This document shows, in pieces, positions 1 to 10,700 of a DNA stretch of 64,000 bases. The notes beneath the pieces are model-generated. The model searched no databases, had not been told where the DNA came from, and was given only the letters and a program-made list of their open reading frames with translations. The stretch spans positions 1,280,001 through 1,344,000 of the forward strand of contig OY761556.1 in assembly GCA_963664705.1 (NCBI GenBank), in the 5' to 3' direction. The DNA is from Acidobacteriota bacterium. GTDB taxonomy: Bacteria; Acidobacteriota; UBA6911. Each line of letters opens with the position of its first letter. Within the stretch, counting starts at the first letter, position 1. The position numbers and the translations under genes are program-made.

Positions 1-22
1 ACGATGCGCCCCTCATTTTGTC

Positions 23-50
23 TTGACAATGCCTCATGCCAGTTTAAGAT
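23..50 (+). promoter_or_regulatory. sigma70-type promoter for the leu leader/leuA
   Basis: TTGACA (23-28), 16-nt spacer, TAAGAT (45-50), about 40 nt upstream of the leader ORF. Confidence 0.65.
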
Positions 51-89
51 ACGGAATACGGTTACTTAAAACCAGCAGGGATATTTATT

Positions 90-152
90 ATGAAACTGCA
101 TAAGCCCACTCGTTGTGACGCGATCTTCTACCTTAGTATCCTCCTCCTTTAA
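90..152 (+). CDS. leucine-rich leader peptide (attenuation uORF), MKLHKPTRCDAIFYLSILLL
   Basis: ATG at 90, TAA at 150-152; ends CTT AGT ATC CTC CTC CTT (L-S-I-L-L-L) directly upstream of leuA. Confidence 0.75.
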   Translation: MKLHKPTRCDAIFYLSILLL

Positions 153-234
153 GCCGCCTTTCTTCTGCCTTGACCCTTAATTTCAGGAACACCGGGTTCG
201 AGGCAAAACCCCGAAGCAATTAGTGAAAGGATCC

Positions 235-1776
235 ATGATGACAGACCGAGTATTGGTTTTTGATACGACTTTGAGAGATGGAGAGCAATCTCCTGGGGCC
301 AGCATGACCATTTCCGAAAAGCTGATGCTGGCGCGGCAACTGGAACGCTTGAGGGTGGATGTTATCGAAGCCGGCTTTCCTATTTCCTCGGAAGGGGATT
401 TCGAGTCCGTTAAGAGAATAGCCGAGGAAATCAGAACCATCACCATCGCAGGACTGTCGAGAGCCAGCAAGGGCGATATTGATCGATGCTGGGAAGCGGT
501 TCGCCATGCCGCAAAGCCCAGGATTCATACATTCCTGGCCACCTCGGATATTCACCTCGAGTATAAGCTGAAAAAGACCCGGGACGAGGTTCTGCAGATC
601 GCGCGCGAAGCGGTGGCTTACGCGAAAACGCTCTGCCAGGATGTGGAATTCTCTGCCGAAGACTCAACGCGTTCCGACCTTCCTTTCCTGGCAAAAGTGG
701 TGGAAGCGGTCATCGAAGCCGGTGCGAATGTCGTCAATATCCCCGATACAGTCGGGTATACCATTCCCGAGGAATACGCGCGGCGGATCAAGTATCTGTA
801 TGATCACGTTCCGAACATCGGCAAAACCATCCTGTCCGTGCATTGCCACAACGATCTTGGCCTTGCGGTTGCGAATACCCTGACGGCTATTCAGAACGGC
901 GTTCGGCAGGTGGAGTGCACCGTCAACGGGATCGGCGAACGCGCCGGCAATGCTTCGCTCGAAGAGATTGTCATGGCGCTGTATACGCGCAAGGACCTCT
1001 TCAAAATCGAAACCGGAATCAATACCCAGGAAATATGGTCCTCCAGCGCCATGGTCACGAACCTGACCGGCATGATGGTGCAGCCCAACAAGGCGATCGT
1101 GGGAAGAAATGCCTTTGCCCACGAAGCCGGCATCCACCAGGATGGCGTCATCAAATCCAAGCTGACCTATGAGATCATGCGTCCTGAGGATATCGGGATC
1201 AAGGAAAGCACGCTGGTCATGGGCAAACACATGGGCCGGCATGCGCTCAAGCAGAAATACCAGGAACTGGGCTTCGATTTAAGCGATGCCGAAATCGATA
1301 AGGCTTATGTGCTGCTGAAGAAGGTTGCGGACAAGAAGAAGGAAGTATTCGATGACGACTTGATCGTCACCGTTCGCGACGCCCTTCGAATCTCCACGCC
1401 GGTGTACAAGCTGAAATACATCCAGTCTACGGGCGGGAACCAGATCATCGCTACCGCAACCATCATGCTGGAGAAGGAAGGCCAGACGTTCAAGGATTCC
1501 GCTACCGGCGATGGGCCGGTCGATGCAGTCCTGCGCGCGATCGATCGAATCACCGGGCTTGAAGGCAAGCTTGTGGAATACGCTGTCCGCAGCGTAACCA
1601 AAGGCGCCGATGCCGTGGGCGAAGTTTTTATGAAAATCGATTTTGGTAAAGCTTCCTTCATCGGGAAAGCCGCCAGTCTCGATATCGTGGACGCCAGCGC
1701 CCGTGCTTATGTGGATGCCGTCAACAAGCTCATCAACTACCAGAGCGCACTGGTCGCACACCAGGCCAATAGCTGA
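235..1776 (+). CDS. leuA: 2-isopropylmalate synthase
   Basis: FDTTLRDGEQ, HCHND, GIGERAGNA, AHEAGIHQDG motifs and C-terminal regulatory domain (GDGPVDA); ATG at 235/238 after AAAGGA. Confidence 0.96.
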   Translation: MMTDRVLVFDTTLRDGEQSPGASMTISEKLMLARQLERLRVDVIEAGFPISSEGDFESVKRIAEEIRTITIAGLSRASKGDIDRCWEAVRHAAKPRIHTFLATSDIHLEYKLKKTRDEVLQIAREAVAYAKTLCQDVEFSAEDSTRSDLPFLAKVVEAVIEAGANVVNIPDTVGYTIPEEYARRIKYLYDHVPNIGKTILSVHCHNDLGLAVANTLTAIQNGVRQVECTVNGIGERAGNASLEEIVMALYTRKDLFKIETGINTQEIWSSSAMVTNLTGMMVQPNKAIVGRNAFAHEAGIHQDGVIKSKLTYEIMRPEDIGIKESTLVMGKHMGRHALKQKYQELGFDLSDAEIDKAYVLLKKVADKKKEVFDDDLIVTVRDALRISTPVYKLKYIQSTGGNQIIATATIMLEKEGQTFKDSATGDGPVDAVLRAIDRITGLEGKLVEYAVRSVTKGADAVGEVFMKIDFGKASFIGKAASLDIVDASARAYVDAVNKLINYQSALVAHQANS

Positions 1777-1831
1777 GATTGACGATTGACGATTGACGAT
1801 TGGAAGACCGAGCGTTTTCCAATCGTCAATC
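1777..1831. repeat. GATTGAC heptamer tandem repeat forming a 15-bp hairpin
   Basis: (GATTGAC)x3; GATTGACGATTGGAA (1791-1805) is the reverse complement of TTCCAATCGTCAATC (1817-1831). Confidence 0.85.
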
Positions 1832-1864
1832 ATTGCATGCCAACCATTACTCTGCGTGTTCAAA

Positions 1865-2707
1865 ATGACAAAACACCTGTCGGTACCGGATGGGACTCCC
1901 ATCGCTTTCCAGGGGGAACTCGGATCTTTCAGCCATCGGGCGGCCCTGAAAGTCTTTGGCTCTTCAATCGAGCCGTATCACTGCCATTCTTTTGATGATG
2001 TATTCAGCGCCGTTGCCCGGAAGAAGGCCGAATGCGCGGTCATCCCGATCGAAAATACCCTGGCAGGCAGCATTCACCAGAATTTTGATCTGCTCGCGCA
2101 TCATTCGCTGGAAGTCGTGGGAGAGACTTCATTGCGCGTGCAACACAATCTGATTGTTCATCCCGGCGCCAGCCTGCGGCAGATCCGCCAGATCTACTCG
2201 CATCCCGCAGCCCTCGAACAGTGCAAAAGCCTGCTGCGCCGCCTGAGATCGGTCGAGAAGGTGTCCTATTACGATACCGCCGGAAGCGTGAAGCATATCC
2301 GGGATCGGGAGCTTCGGAACGCTGCGGCCATTGCATCCGCGGACGCCGCCCAGATTTACGGGATGAAAATCCTTCGCCGCGACATAGAGGATGATCCGGA
2401 GAATTACACGCGGTTCCTGGCGTTGGCTCGCCACAAGCGATTCTCCCAGGGCGGGAAGAAAACCAGCATCGTTTTCGGACTGAAAAGCGAGCCGGGCGCG
2501 CTTTTCAAGGCGCTGTCCGTGTTTGCCCTGAGAAACATCGACCTGAGCAAGATTGAGTCGCGCCCGATTCGCGGCACGCCGTGGCAATACCTGTTTTACC
2601 TGGATCTTCAGATTGACGTTCACAGCCAGGAATGCACCAATGCTTTGCGGCACCTGCGCGAGCTGGCTCCGTATCTGAAAGTTCTTGGTTCCTACATGAC
2701 ATTCTGA
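1865..2707 (+). CDS. pheA: prephenate dehydratase with ACT domain
   Basis: AFQGELGSFS, PIENTLAG, SHPAALEQC, NYTRF, LSKIESRP motifs. Confidence 0.93.
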   Translation: MTKHLSVPDGTPIAFQGELGSFSHRAALKVFGSSIEPYHCHSFDDVFSAVARKKAECAVIPIENTLAGSIHQNFDLLAHHSLEVVGETSLRVQHNLIVHPGASLRQIRQIYSHPAALEQCKSLLRRLRSVEKVSYYDTAGSVKHIRDRELRNAAAIASADAAQIYGMKILRRDIEDDPENYTRFLALARHKRFSQGGKKTSIVFGLKSEPGALFKALSVFALRNIDLSKIESRPIRGTPWQYLFYLDLQIDVHSQECTNALRHLRELAPYLKVLGSYMTF

Positions 2708-2737
2708 GCCCTGCGACGCGAGTGAAGCACCAGGCCC
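2701..2737 (+). repeat. dispersed intergenic repeat, copy 1 (copy 2 at 20084-20120)
   Basis: 33/37 identity between the copies; both lie between convergent gene ends. Confidence 0.75.
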
Positions 2738-2814
2738 TCGGGGGCTGGATTTTTGTTCCGGATGCAGATTTGCTCTTGCCTGCGAGACTCCGGCGGTCCC
2801 AGCAGCTCCCAGTG

Positions 2815-4440
2815 CTATTTGCGGGAGTATTCGGAAGCAGGCTTCCATTTGGGGAAGTGGTCCGCGTTTGCAACTTCCCACCCCACCATCCACAGCAACT
2901 GAACATCCTCCACCATGCCGCTCAGATCCCAGTCCGGTTTGATCACGTCGGACGGGTTGTGATAGTCGTGCATCGTATATTCGTCCCGCACCTTTTGCGA
3001 AAACCCGGGCGATTTGCCGATGTAGTTGGTCCCCTCATCCGAATTGAGGGCCGGGATTCCTTTTTGGGCAAAGGGGAAATGATCCGACCGGTAATAGCCC
3101 CCTTTTTCCGGCTCCGGATCCGGCACGAGCACGCGTCCCTGCCGGCTTGCGACCTTTTGCGCGTAATCATCCAATTCCGAATTTCCCAGTCCTATGATGG
3201 TCAGGTCCCTGGTTCGGCCATAGGTGTTCATCCCATCCATATTAATTGCCGCGAGTGTTTTTGCCAGAGGGTAAACCGGATGGTCGGCGTAATACTGCGA
3301 CCCGAGTAATCCCTGTTCCTCGCCCGTGACCGATACAAATAGAATGGACCGCTCCGGCTGGACCGTCTGTTTCTTGAACGCCCTGGCGATCTCAATCAGC
3401 GCCGCTACGCCCGTTGCATTGTCCTTGGCTCCATGATAAATCCTGTCTCCATTCACAGGCTCGCCAATTCCAAGATGATCCCAGTGCGCAGTGTACAGAA
3501 CGTATTCCTCTTTCAGCTTCGGGTTTTTCCCCTCGAGCTTGGCCATAACATTGCGCGAATTGATTGTTCGTAAGCTGTTGTGAAAACTGATTGAAGCGGT
3601 GACATTCATCGGAACCGGACGGAAGGCGCGCGTGGTTGCCAGCTTCTTTAACGCATCATAGTTCTGCCCGGCCATGGCAAAAAGCTCGCGGGCTTTTTCC
3701 ACCGTAATCCAGGATTCCACTTTGGGTTTGCTCAGGTTTTTGTCCGGCGCGATCAGCTCGAACCTTTCGCCCCCAAATCCCTGAACCACCGACCACGGGT
3801 ATCCGGCCAGCGCGGTTTCGTGAACCAGGAGGACTCCCGCCGCCCCCTTTTCCCCGGCGATGTCGTATTTGTAAGTCCATCGGCCGTAGTAGGTCATAGC
3901 TTTGCCGCCAAATACCTTCGGATCGAGTTTTTCCGAGTTGGCAGGGTCGGGAACCGGCGGATCATTGACCAGCATGACAAGGACTTTTCCCCGGACATCC
4001 ACTCCCTTATAGTCGTCCCATTTGAACTCGGGAGCCTGTACGCCATAGCCAACGAAAACCAGGTCGGAGTTTTCCAGTTTCGTATCCGGTATAGCCTGCC
4101 GTGTCCAGGCGACAAAGTCCTTTAGATATTTCAGCCGGAGGTTTCTGGCTCCCCGCTGAAGAACCATAGACATGGTGGAATCAGGCGTTGTTCCGACCAT
4201 GGGCACCTTCTGAATGTAGGTGCCGTCGGTATTCCCGGGCTTCAGACCCAGTCCTTTGAACTGATCCTGGATATAGGCTACGGTCAGGTCTTCTCCGCGC
4301 GTTCCCGGCGCGCGCCCTTCAAATGCATCGGAGGACAGCGTCCGGATATGCTGCAGCAAAGCACGGGAGTCGATCTTTGGAAAGTCAACCGCCATTCCAT
4401 TCAATGCAAATAAGATACAGAATATTGCCCATCGAGTCAT
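2815..4440 (-). CDS. M28 family metallopeptidase with PA domain, secreted
   Basis: signal peptide; AHWDHLG, GAKDNATG, GEEQGLLGS, RSDHFPF, DYHNPSD. Confidence 0.9.
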   Translation of the reverse strand: MTRWAIFCILFALNGMAVDFPKIDSRALLQHIRTLSSDAFEGRAPGTRGEDLTVAYIQDQFKGLGLKPGNTDGTYIQKVPMVGTTPDSTMSMVLQRGARNLRLKYLKDFVAWTRQAIPDTKLENSDLVFVGYGVQAPEFKWDDYKGVDVRGKVLVMLVNDPPVPDPANSEKLDPKVFGGKAMTYYGRWTYKYDIAGEKGAAGVLLVHETALAGYPWSVVQGFGGERFELIAPDKNLSKPKVESWITVEKARELFAMAGQNYDALKKLATTRAFRPVPMNVTASISFHNSLRTINSRNVMAKLEGKNPKLKEEYVLYTAHWDHLGIGEPVNGDRIYHGAKDNATGVAALIEIARAFKKQTVQPERSILFVSVTGEEQGLLGSQYYADHPVYPLAKTLAAINMDGMNTYGRTRDLTIIGLGNSELDDYAQKVASRQGRVLVPDPEPEKGGYYRSDHFPFAQKGIPALNSDEGTNYIGKSPGFSQKVRDEYTMHDYHNPSDVIKPDWDLSGMVEDVQLLWMVGWEVANADHFPKWKPASEYSRK

Positions 4441-4594
4441 AGCCCAAGTCCCCAAGGAAAAACCACCGGTCCCTAATTCCGAGTTTAACCCAAAAATTGG
4501 AGGACTCAAAGGTGGAAGCCCTTATTCAAAAACTTAATCTTCTGCCCCCAGGCGTGTTACAATCACCGTTCTGTTTTTCACGAAAGGGAGTTCT

Positions 4595-5659
4595 ATGCCT
4601 CGATCGGTTATCATTGGGAGCGGAACGTGTATTCCTCCCAACCTGGTTACCAATGACATGTTGTCCCGGATCATGGACGCTACCGACGAATGGATCCAGC
4701 AGCGGAGCGGGGTCGAGGCGCGGCACTTCGTTGATGAGGGGACGTCCACATCCGATCTCGGCCTGACGGCGGCTACCCAGGCTATCCAACTCGCCGGCAT
4801 TGACAAAAACGACCTGGACCTCATCGTCTTTGCCACCATGACTCCCGACTACTATTTCCCGGGATGCGGCGGATTGCTTCAATCCAAGCTGGGCATTAAA
4901 GATGTGCCCTGCTTCGATATCCGCCAGCAATGCGCTGGTTTCCTGTACGGCATGCAGTTGGCCGATGCACAGATCCGCGCCGGCGCGGCCAGGACCGTCC
5001 TGCTGGTCGGAGCCGAAACCCATACCGGCTTCATGCCCTGGACCAAGGACAATTACAACTATCTCTACGGCCGTATCGAAACTCCCCCGACCCCGGAGGA
5101 GTATGAATGGAATACTCGGTTCCGCAATGTGACGGTGCTGTTTGGAGATGCCGGCGCTGCCGTCGTCCTGAAAGCGGAAGAAACCGCCGATCGCGGCGTC
5201 ATCGACTGTATTCTTCGGACCAACGGGAGCGATTACGAACGGATTTATGTCCCGGGCGCCGGGTTCAAACATCGGCCATATATCGACATAGAACAGATTC
5301 AGCGGGGCGACCACATTCCTGTAATGAACGGGATGTATGTTTACCGGAATGCCACCCACGCGATGGTGAATGTCACCCGGGAAATCCTTGAACGCAATAA
5401 CCTGAAGCTCGAGGATATCTCCATGGTCCTGATGCATCAGGCCAATAAGCGCATCAATGAACGCGTCCAGAAAATGCTGGAGATCCCGGACGAAAAAGTA
5501 ATTTCCAATATCCATAAATACGGCAATACCACCGCCGCAACCATTCCACTGCTGTGGGATGAAGCGGTGCGCAGCGACCGGATCCATCCTGGAGATCTGG
5601 TTTTAATGGTTGCCTTTGGCGCCGGGATGAATTGGGGAGCCCTGCTGCTCCGGGCCTAG
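4595..5659 (+). CDS. 3-oxoacyl-ACP synthase III (FabH-like)
   Basis: Cys-His-Asn triad: DIRQQCAGF, MHQAN, YGNTTAA; LFGDAG; AFGAG. Confidence 0.92.
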   Translation: MPRSVIIGSGTCIPPNLVTNDMLSRIMDATDEWIQQRSGVEARHFVDEGTSTSDLGLTAATQAIQLAGIDKNDLDLIVFATMTPDYYFPGCGGLLQSKLGIKDVPCFDIRQQCAGFLYGMQLADAQIRAGAARTVLLVGAETHTGFMPWTKDNYNYLYGRIETPPTPEEYEWNTRFRNVTVLFGDAGAAVVLKAEETADRGVIDCILRTNGSDYERIYVPGAGFKHRPYIDIEQIQRGDHIPVMNGMYVYRNATHAMVNVTREILERNNLKLEDISMVLMHQANKRINERVQKMLEIPDEKVISNIHKYGNTTAATIPLLWDEAVRSDRIHPGDLVLMVAFGAGMNWGALLLRA

Positions 5660-5823
5660 CGGATGCCGGATCTAACAAGTCCGCCCCGGTGCATTAGAAT
5701 TATTGATTTGTAAACTCGGCCAATTTTAGGCAAAAAGAGGACTTTTATTTCTGGGGATAGTCTACGTAAAGGGTTGAATTGGTGATTCGTCACCTTCACT
5801 TTATTGGGTAACTACTGATAAAT

Positions 5824-7485
5824 ATGGAAAATAAAGGATTGGACAAGGAAGCACTCGATCTGACACTGGAAGCGTTGAAGGACTTCGCTGAAACCCATTT
5901 GCCGGAAAAAAAGATATTGGAGCTCGATGCGACGGAGGAATTCCCGGTCGAGATCGTCCGCGAAATGTGTAACCCGGGGGGACTGGGTATTCAGCTGCTC
6001 TTCATCCCAGAGGAGTTTGAGGGGATGGGTGGGGGAGCATTTGATGTTTACAGGGTTTGCGAGGAACTGGCCCGCATCGACCTTGGAGTTGCGACGGGCG
6101 TATTAGCCACTTTCCTTGGAAGCGACCCGATTATTTTCGGCGGCACCTACGAACAGAAGAAGCTCTGGATGACCCGCATTGGCCAGGAAGGTCTGTTGAT
6201 GGCCTATGGCGCCACCGAGCCGGAAGCCGGGAGCGACCTTGCGGCGCTGCGAACGGTAGCCGATCCCGTTATGGAAGACGGCAAGATCGTCGGATACAAA
6301 ATCACCGGAAACAAGCAATGGATCAGCAACGGCGGCTACGCGGATCTCTATTCCGTATTGGCCAAAACGCCTGGCGGTCCGACCTGGTTTATCGTCGAGC
6401 AGGGCGTTGATGGATTGAGCCATGGGAAGCCGGAGGACAAGCACGGCATACGCGCCAGCAATACTTCAACCGTGTCGCTCGAGGGAGTCCGGGTTGGCGT
6501 GGAAAGACTCATTGGCGGCGTGGAAGGCCAGGGCCTTATCCAGGCGCAGCTGGTGTTTGGCTATACGCGGCTGATGGTCGCCGCTTTCGGGTTGGGCGCC
6601 GGTTGGGCTGCCCTGGATCGCGCCATTCCCTACTCGATGGGCCGCATCGCCGGCGGAGCGCCGCTGTCGGAAAAGCAGGGATACACCCATAAGCTCATCA
6701 TTCCCAACGCCGTACTGCTGGAAGTCGGCCGTTCCTATATAGAAGAAACCGCTGAACGGATTGACAGCCAGGAAGGGAACCTCAATACGGAAGGCGCTAT
6801 TGCGAAATACCTGTCCACTGAAGCCGGAAATCTGGCCGCGGATGCTTCCATCCAGGCGCTGGGCGGATATGGCTATACCCGTGAATATATGGTTGAAAAG
6901 TACAAACGGGATGCCCGGATCACCCGAATCTATGAAGGGACGTCCGAAATCATGGAAATGACGATCTGCCGCGATCGTTGGCAGATACACCTGAAGACCC
7001 ACGGTCAGTTCTACCATGACATGGCTCGTCAGGCGGAGGAGCTTCATAAGCAGAACAACAAGCTGGGTGCCGATGTGGTGGCCTATTGCCTCCACGGTCT
7101 GGCCGATCTGCTCGAAGTGGCTCGGGCCCAGAGATTAACGCGGCATCAGCACATTCTTTTCCGGCTGGGCGAGTGGATTGCTCATGCCGAAGGCGTCTCC
7201 AGTCTTGCAAGGCGTGCCGGCAGAGCCGCCCAGGGGACCTTAAATCCAAAGTCTCACACCCGCTTCAATGCGGAAACGCTGGCTGCCCTCAGCCGGATTG
7301 CCGCCCGGGAAGCCGCCATGAAAGTGGTGAGCGAAGGGATGCGCTGGATCGGTGGTTTGATATCCGAAGCCGATGCGGCCGCCCTTGAGAAGAAATTGTT
7401 CATCCCGCAAATCCATCGCGCACAGGTTGGATTGCTCCAAGATATGGACTTCGTTGGAGACGTTTTATACGGAAGAAATAAATAG
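5824..7485 (+). CDS. acyl-CoA dehydrogenase family protein with C-terminal extension
   Basis: [34 protein letters not shown] (catalytic Glu), plus about 170 extra C-terminal residues. Confidence 0.9.
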   Translation: MENKGLDKEALDLTLEALKDFAETHLPEKKILELDATEEFPVEIVREMCNPGGLGIQLLFIPEEFEGMGGGAFDVYRVCEELARIDLGVATGVLATFLGSDPIIFGGTYEQKKLWMTRIGQEGLLMAYGATEPEAGSDLAALRTVADPVMEDGKIVGYKITGNKQWISNGGYADLYSVLAKTPGGPTWFIVEQGVDGLSHGKPEDKHGIRASNTSTVSLEGVRVGVERLIGGVEGQGLIQAQLVFGYTRLMVAAFGLGAGWAALDRAIPYSMGRIAGGAPLSEKQGYTHKLIIPNAVLLEVGRSYIEETAERIDSQEGNLNTEGAIAKYLSTEAGNLAADASIQALGGYGYTREYMVEKYKRDARITRIYEGTSEIMEMTICRDRWQIHLKTHGQFYHDMARQAEELHKQNNKLGADVVAYCLHGLADLLEVARAQRLTRHQHILFRLGEWIAHAEGVSSLARRAGRAAQGTLNPKSHTRFNAETLAALSRIAAREAAMKVVSEGMRWIGGLISEADAAALEKKLFIPQIHRAQVGLLQDMDFVGDVLYGRNK

Positions 7486-7702
7486 GTTTCCCGTTTTGCG
7501 TTCCCCGTTTTCCCTGCAAAATTCGGCAGGGGACGCGGGGAACGGGAATCCTCATTCCTGAAACAAAGAAACAAGCAGGTGCAGCTATAGAATGTTTATG
7601 GTTGCCCGGTTTGCTTTTTCCGGTGCCGCGCATGGATTCATGCCGCGGGAGACGGAAACAAGGAACGGGAGACCTGCAGTTTAGTCCGGAGGCATTGCAC
7701 TA

Positions 7703-10700
7703 ATGAAAGTATCTGCAGCGGAAAGAGCAGTTGCAATAGTTGGCGTCGGAGCCCTGATGCCGGATGCGCCGAATGCGCCGAAATTCTGGCAGAACGTCCG
7801 AGGGGGCGTTTACAGCATCAAGGATGTCGTGCAAGAGCGTTGGGATCCCAATCTGTATTACGATGCGGATCCGAAGGCTCCAGATAAGACCTATTCCAAG
7901 ATCGGCGGATGGGTTCGTGACTGGGAGTGGGATCCGCTAAAATGGAAGCTCCCCATTCCTCCCCGAGTCAGTCTCGCAATGGACCTGACCCAAAAGTGGG
8001 CCGTTGTCACCGCGAGAGAAGCCTTGGCGGATTTCGGCTATCCCAGCCGCGCCCTGAACGCTGAACGCACCGCCGTCATTTATGGCAATGCAATGGCCGG
8101 AGATACGCATCTGTATTCCGCCGCCAGGATTCTCTTTCCGGAGTTTGCGGAAGAACTGATCAAATCCACCAGCTATTCGGCCCTGCCGCCCGCAGTGCGC
8201 GAGTCGATCATGGAACAGCTCCATGAAGGCGTCCGACGCAAGACTCCTCCAATCACGGAGGATACGATGCCCGGGGAACTGGCCAACATCGTGGCCGGCC
8301 GCATCGCGGCTCTGTATGATTTCAAAGGGCCGAACTATGTAGCCGATGCCGCCTGCGCATCTGCCATGGCCGCGATGAGCGCCGCAATCGAGGGATTGAA
8401 TGCCCACGATTACGATGCCGTCCTGACCGGCGGAATCGACACGAACATGAGCCCCTCCACCTTCGTAAAGTTCTGCAAAATCGGCGCCCTGTCCGCAACC
8501 GGGTCCCGCCCTTATGCGGAAGGCTCCGACGGGTTCGTCATGGGGGAAGGCGCCGTTACGTTCCTGCTGAAGCGGTTGGCCGATGCCGAGCGGGATGGCG
8601 ATAAGATTTATGCGGTTATCCGCGGGATGGGCGGATCGAGCGATGGCAAAGGGAAGGGAATCACAGCGCCCAACCCGGCCGGACAAAAGATCTGTGTCCG
8701 CCGGGCCTGGCAGAAGGCCGGCGTGCTGCCCACGGTTGGCGATCTGATTGAAGGGCACGGCACCTCGACCGCAGTCGGCGACGTCGCCGAGTTTGAGAGC
8801 ATTGCCGAAGTCTTCAATGATTTCGGGCTGCCCAAGCAATCGATTCCGCTGGGCTCCGTGAAGTCCAACATCGGACATCTCAAAGGCGCGGCCGGATCCG
8901 CAGGTATTTTGAAGGCAATGTTCGCGCTGCATGCCAGAGAACTGCCGCCCAGCCTGAATTTCAATGAGCCCAACCACAACATCAATTTCAAAGACTCGCC
9001 GTTCTATGTGAATACGCAGTTGAAGCCCTGGGATGTGGAACCGGGAAAGGCACGCCGCGCGGCGGTCAGTGCCTTTGGATTCGGCGGTACCAATTTCCAT
9101 ATTGTTCTTGAAGAATACATCCCCGGCCGGATTGCCGGAGAGATCAAGACAACCACTTCCGTCCCGGTCTCTGCCGTGGCCTCCGCCCCTGCGGAGTTGA
9201 AGACGCCGCTGCGCGGAGCCCTCGTTTTGGGCGCTGATAACGAAGCTGCGGTCGTTGCCCGGCTGCGCGACATAGTCAAGGACGCGGAAGCCGGCAAAGC
9301 CCCGGCACCTGCCGTTCCGATGGAATCGGATCTGCGCGCTTCCGTCCGCCTGGCCATCGATTATGGCAATGCGGCTGAGCTTGCCGACAAGGGCGCCAAG
9401 GCGCTCAAGGCATTCGAGGAAAATCAGGTCGGGCGTTGGAAGGCGCTGCGCGCCAAGGGCATTTTCCTCGGCAAAGGCCCGGCTCCCAAGGTAGCTTTCC
9501 TGTTCACCGGGCAGGGCTCGCAGTACGTCAACATGATTCAGCACCTGCGGGAAACAGAGCCAATCGTTACCCGGACATTTGAGGCCGCCGATCGCATTAT
9601 GGAACCGCTGCTCGGCAAACCGCTGACCGAATGCATCTACCTCGACAAGTCGGATGCGGCGGCATTGGCAGCAGCCGAGGAAGGCCTCAAGCAGACCGCA
9701 ATCACGCAGCCCGCGGTTCTGGCCACAGAGACGGCGCTGGCGCGCATGCTGGGCGCCTACGGTATTCAGCCTGATATGGTGATGGGCCACAGCCTTGGCG
9801 AATACGGCGCCCTGGTTGCCGCCGGCGCCATTTCGTTTGACGAGGCTCTGAAGGCCGTCAGCGCACGCGGCAACGAGATGACCAAGTGTGCCTTCGATGA
9901 CAACGGTATGATGGCCGCTGTCGGCGGGCCGATTGACGAGATCCAGAAAGTCCTGGAAACGATCGACGATTACGTGGTTGTCGCCAATATCAACAGCACC
10001 AAGGAAGCGGTCATCGGCGGTTCCACCCAGGGAATCGAAAAAGCGATCGCTGCCCTGGGCACCGCCGGATACACGGCAAAAGCGCTGCAGGTAAGCCACG
10101 CGTTCCACACCAAGATCGTCGCGCCTGCGGGCGATTCCCTGGCCCGGATTCTCGGCGGCATGAACCTCCGTCCGCCGCAAATCCCGATTGTGACGAATGT
10201 GACCGGCGAGTTTTATCCCATGGGACCGGGCGTGGTTCCGGAGATGATCGGTCTGCTCGGGAAACAGGTGTCGTCCCCGGTTCAGTTCATCAAGGGGCTC
10301 AATACGCTCTACAATGCCGGTGCTCGGATTTTTGTCGACATCGGTCCAAAGCGAATCCTGTATGGATTTGTGGATGATGTGCTTGGCGCCAAAGATGGTG
10401 TTGTCCCCCTGTTCGGGAATCACCCGAGAATCGGCGATGCGGCCTCTCTGAATCTCGCGCTGTGCGGTCTCTATGCCGCGGGCCTGGGATTTGGTGAACC
10501 GGCGAAAGCGGTGGCTGTCGTTCCGGCGGCTCCGGTGGTCGCGGTTCCCGCGGTGCAGGCTTCCCTCACGGCGGCTCCGTCTGCGCCATCCTATCGGATG
10601 GAAAAGCTCGATCAGCCGCAGCGCGTGGCTCCTGCGTCATCCGACCGGTATGTCGAATTGGGCAAACTGTTCACCGAATTCATGGACCGCGGCTTCCAGC

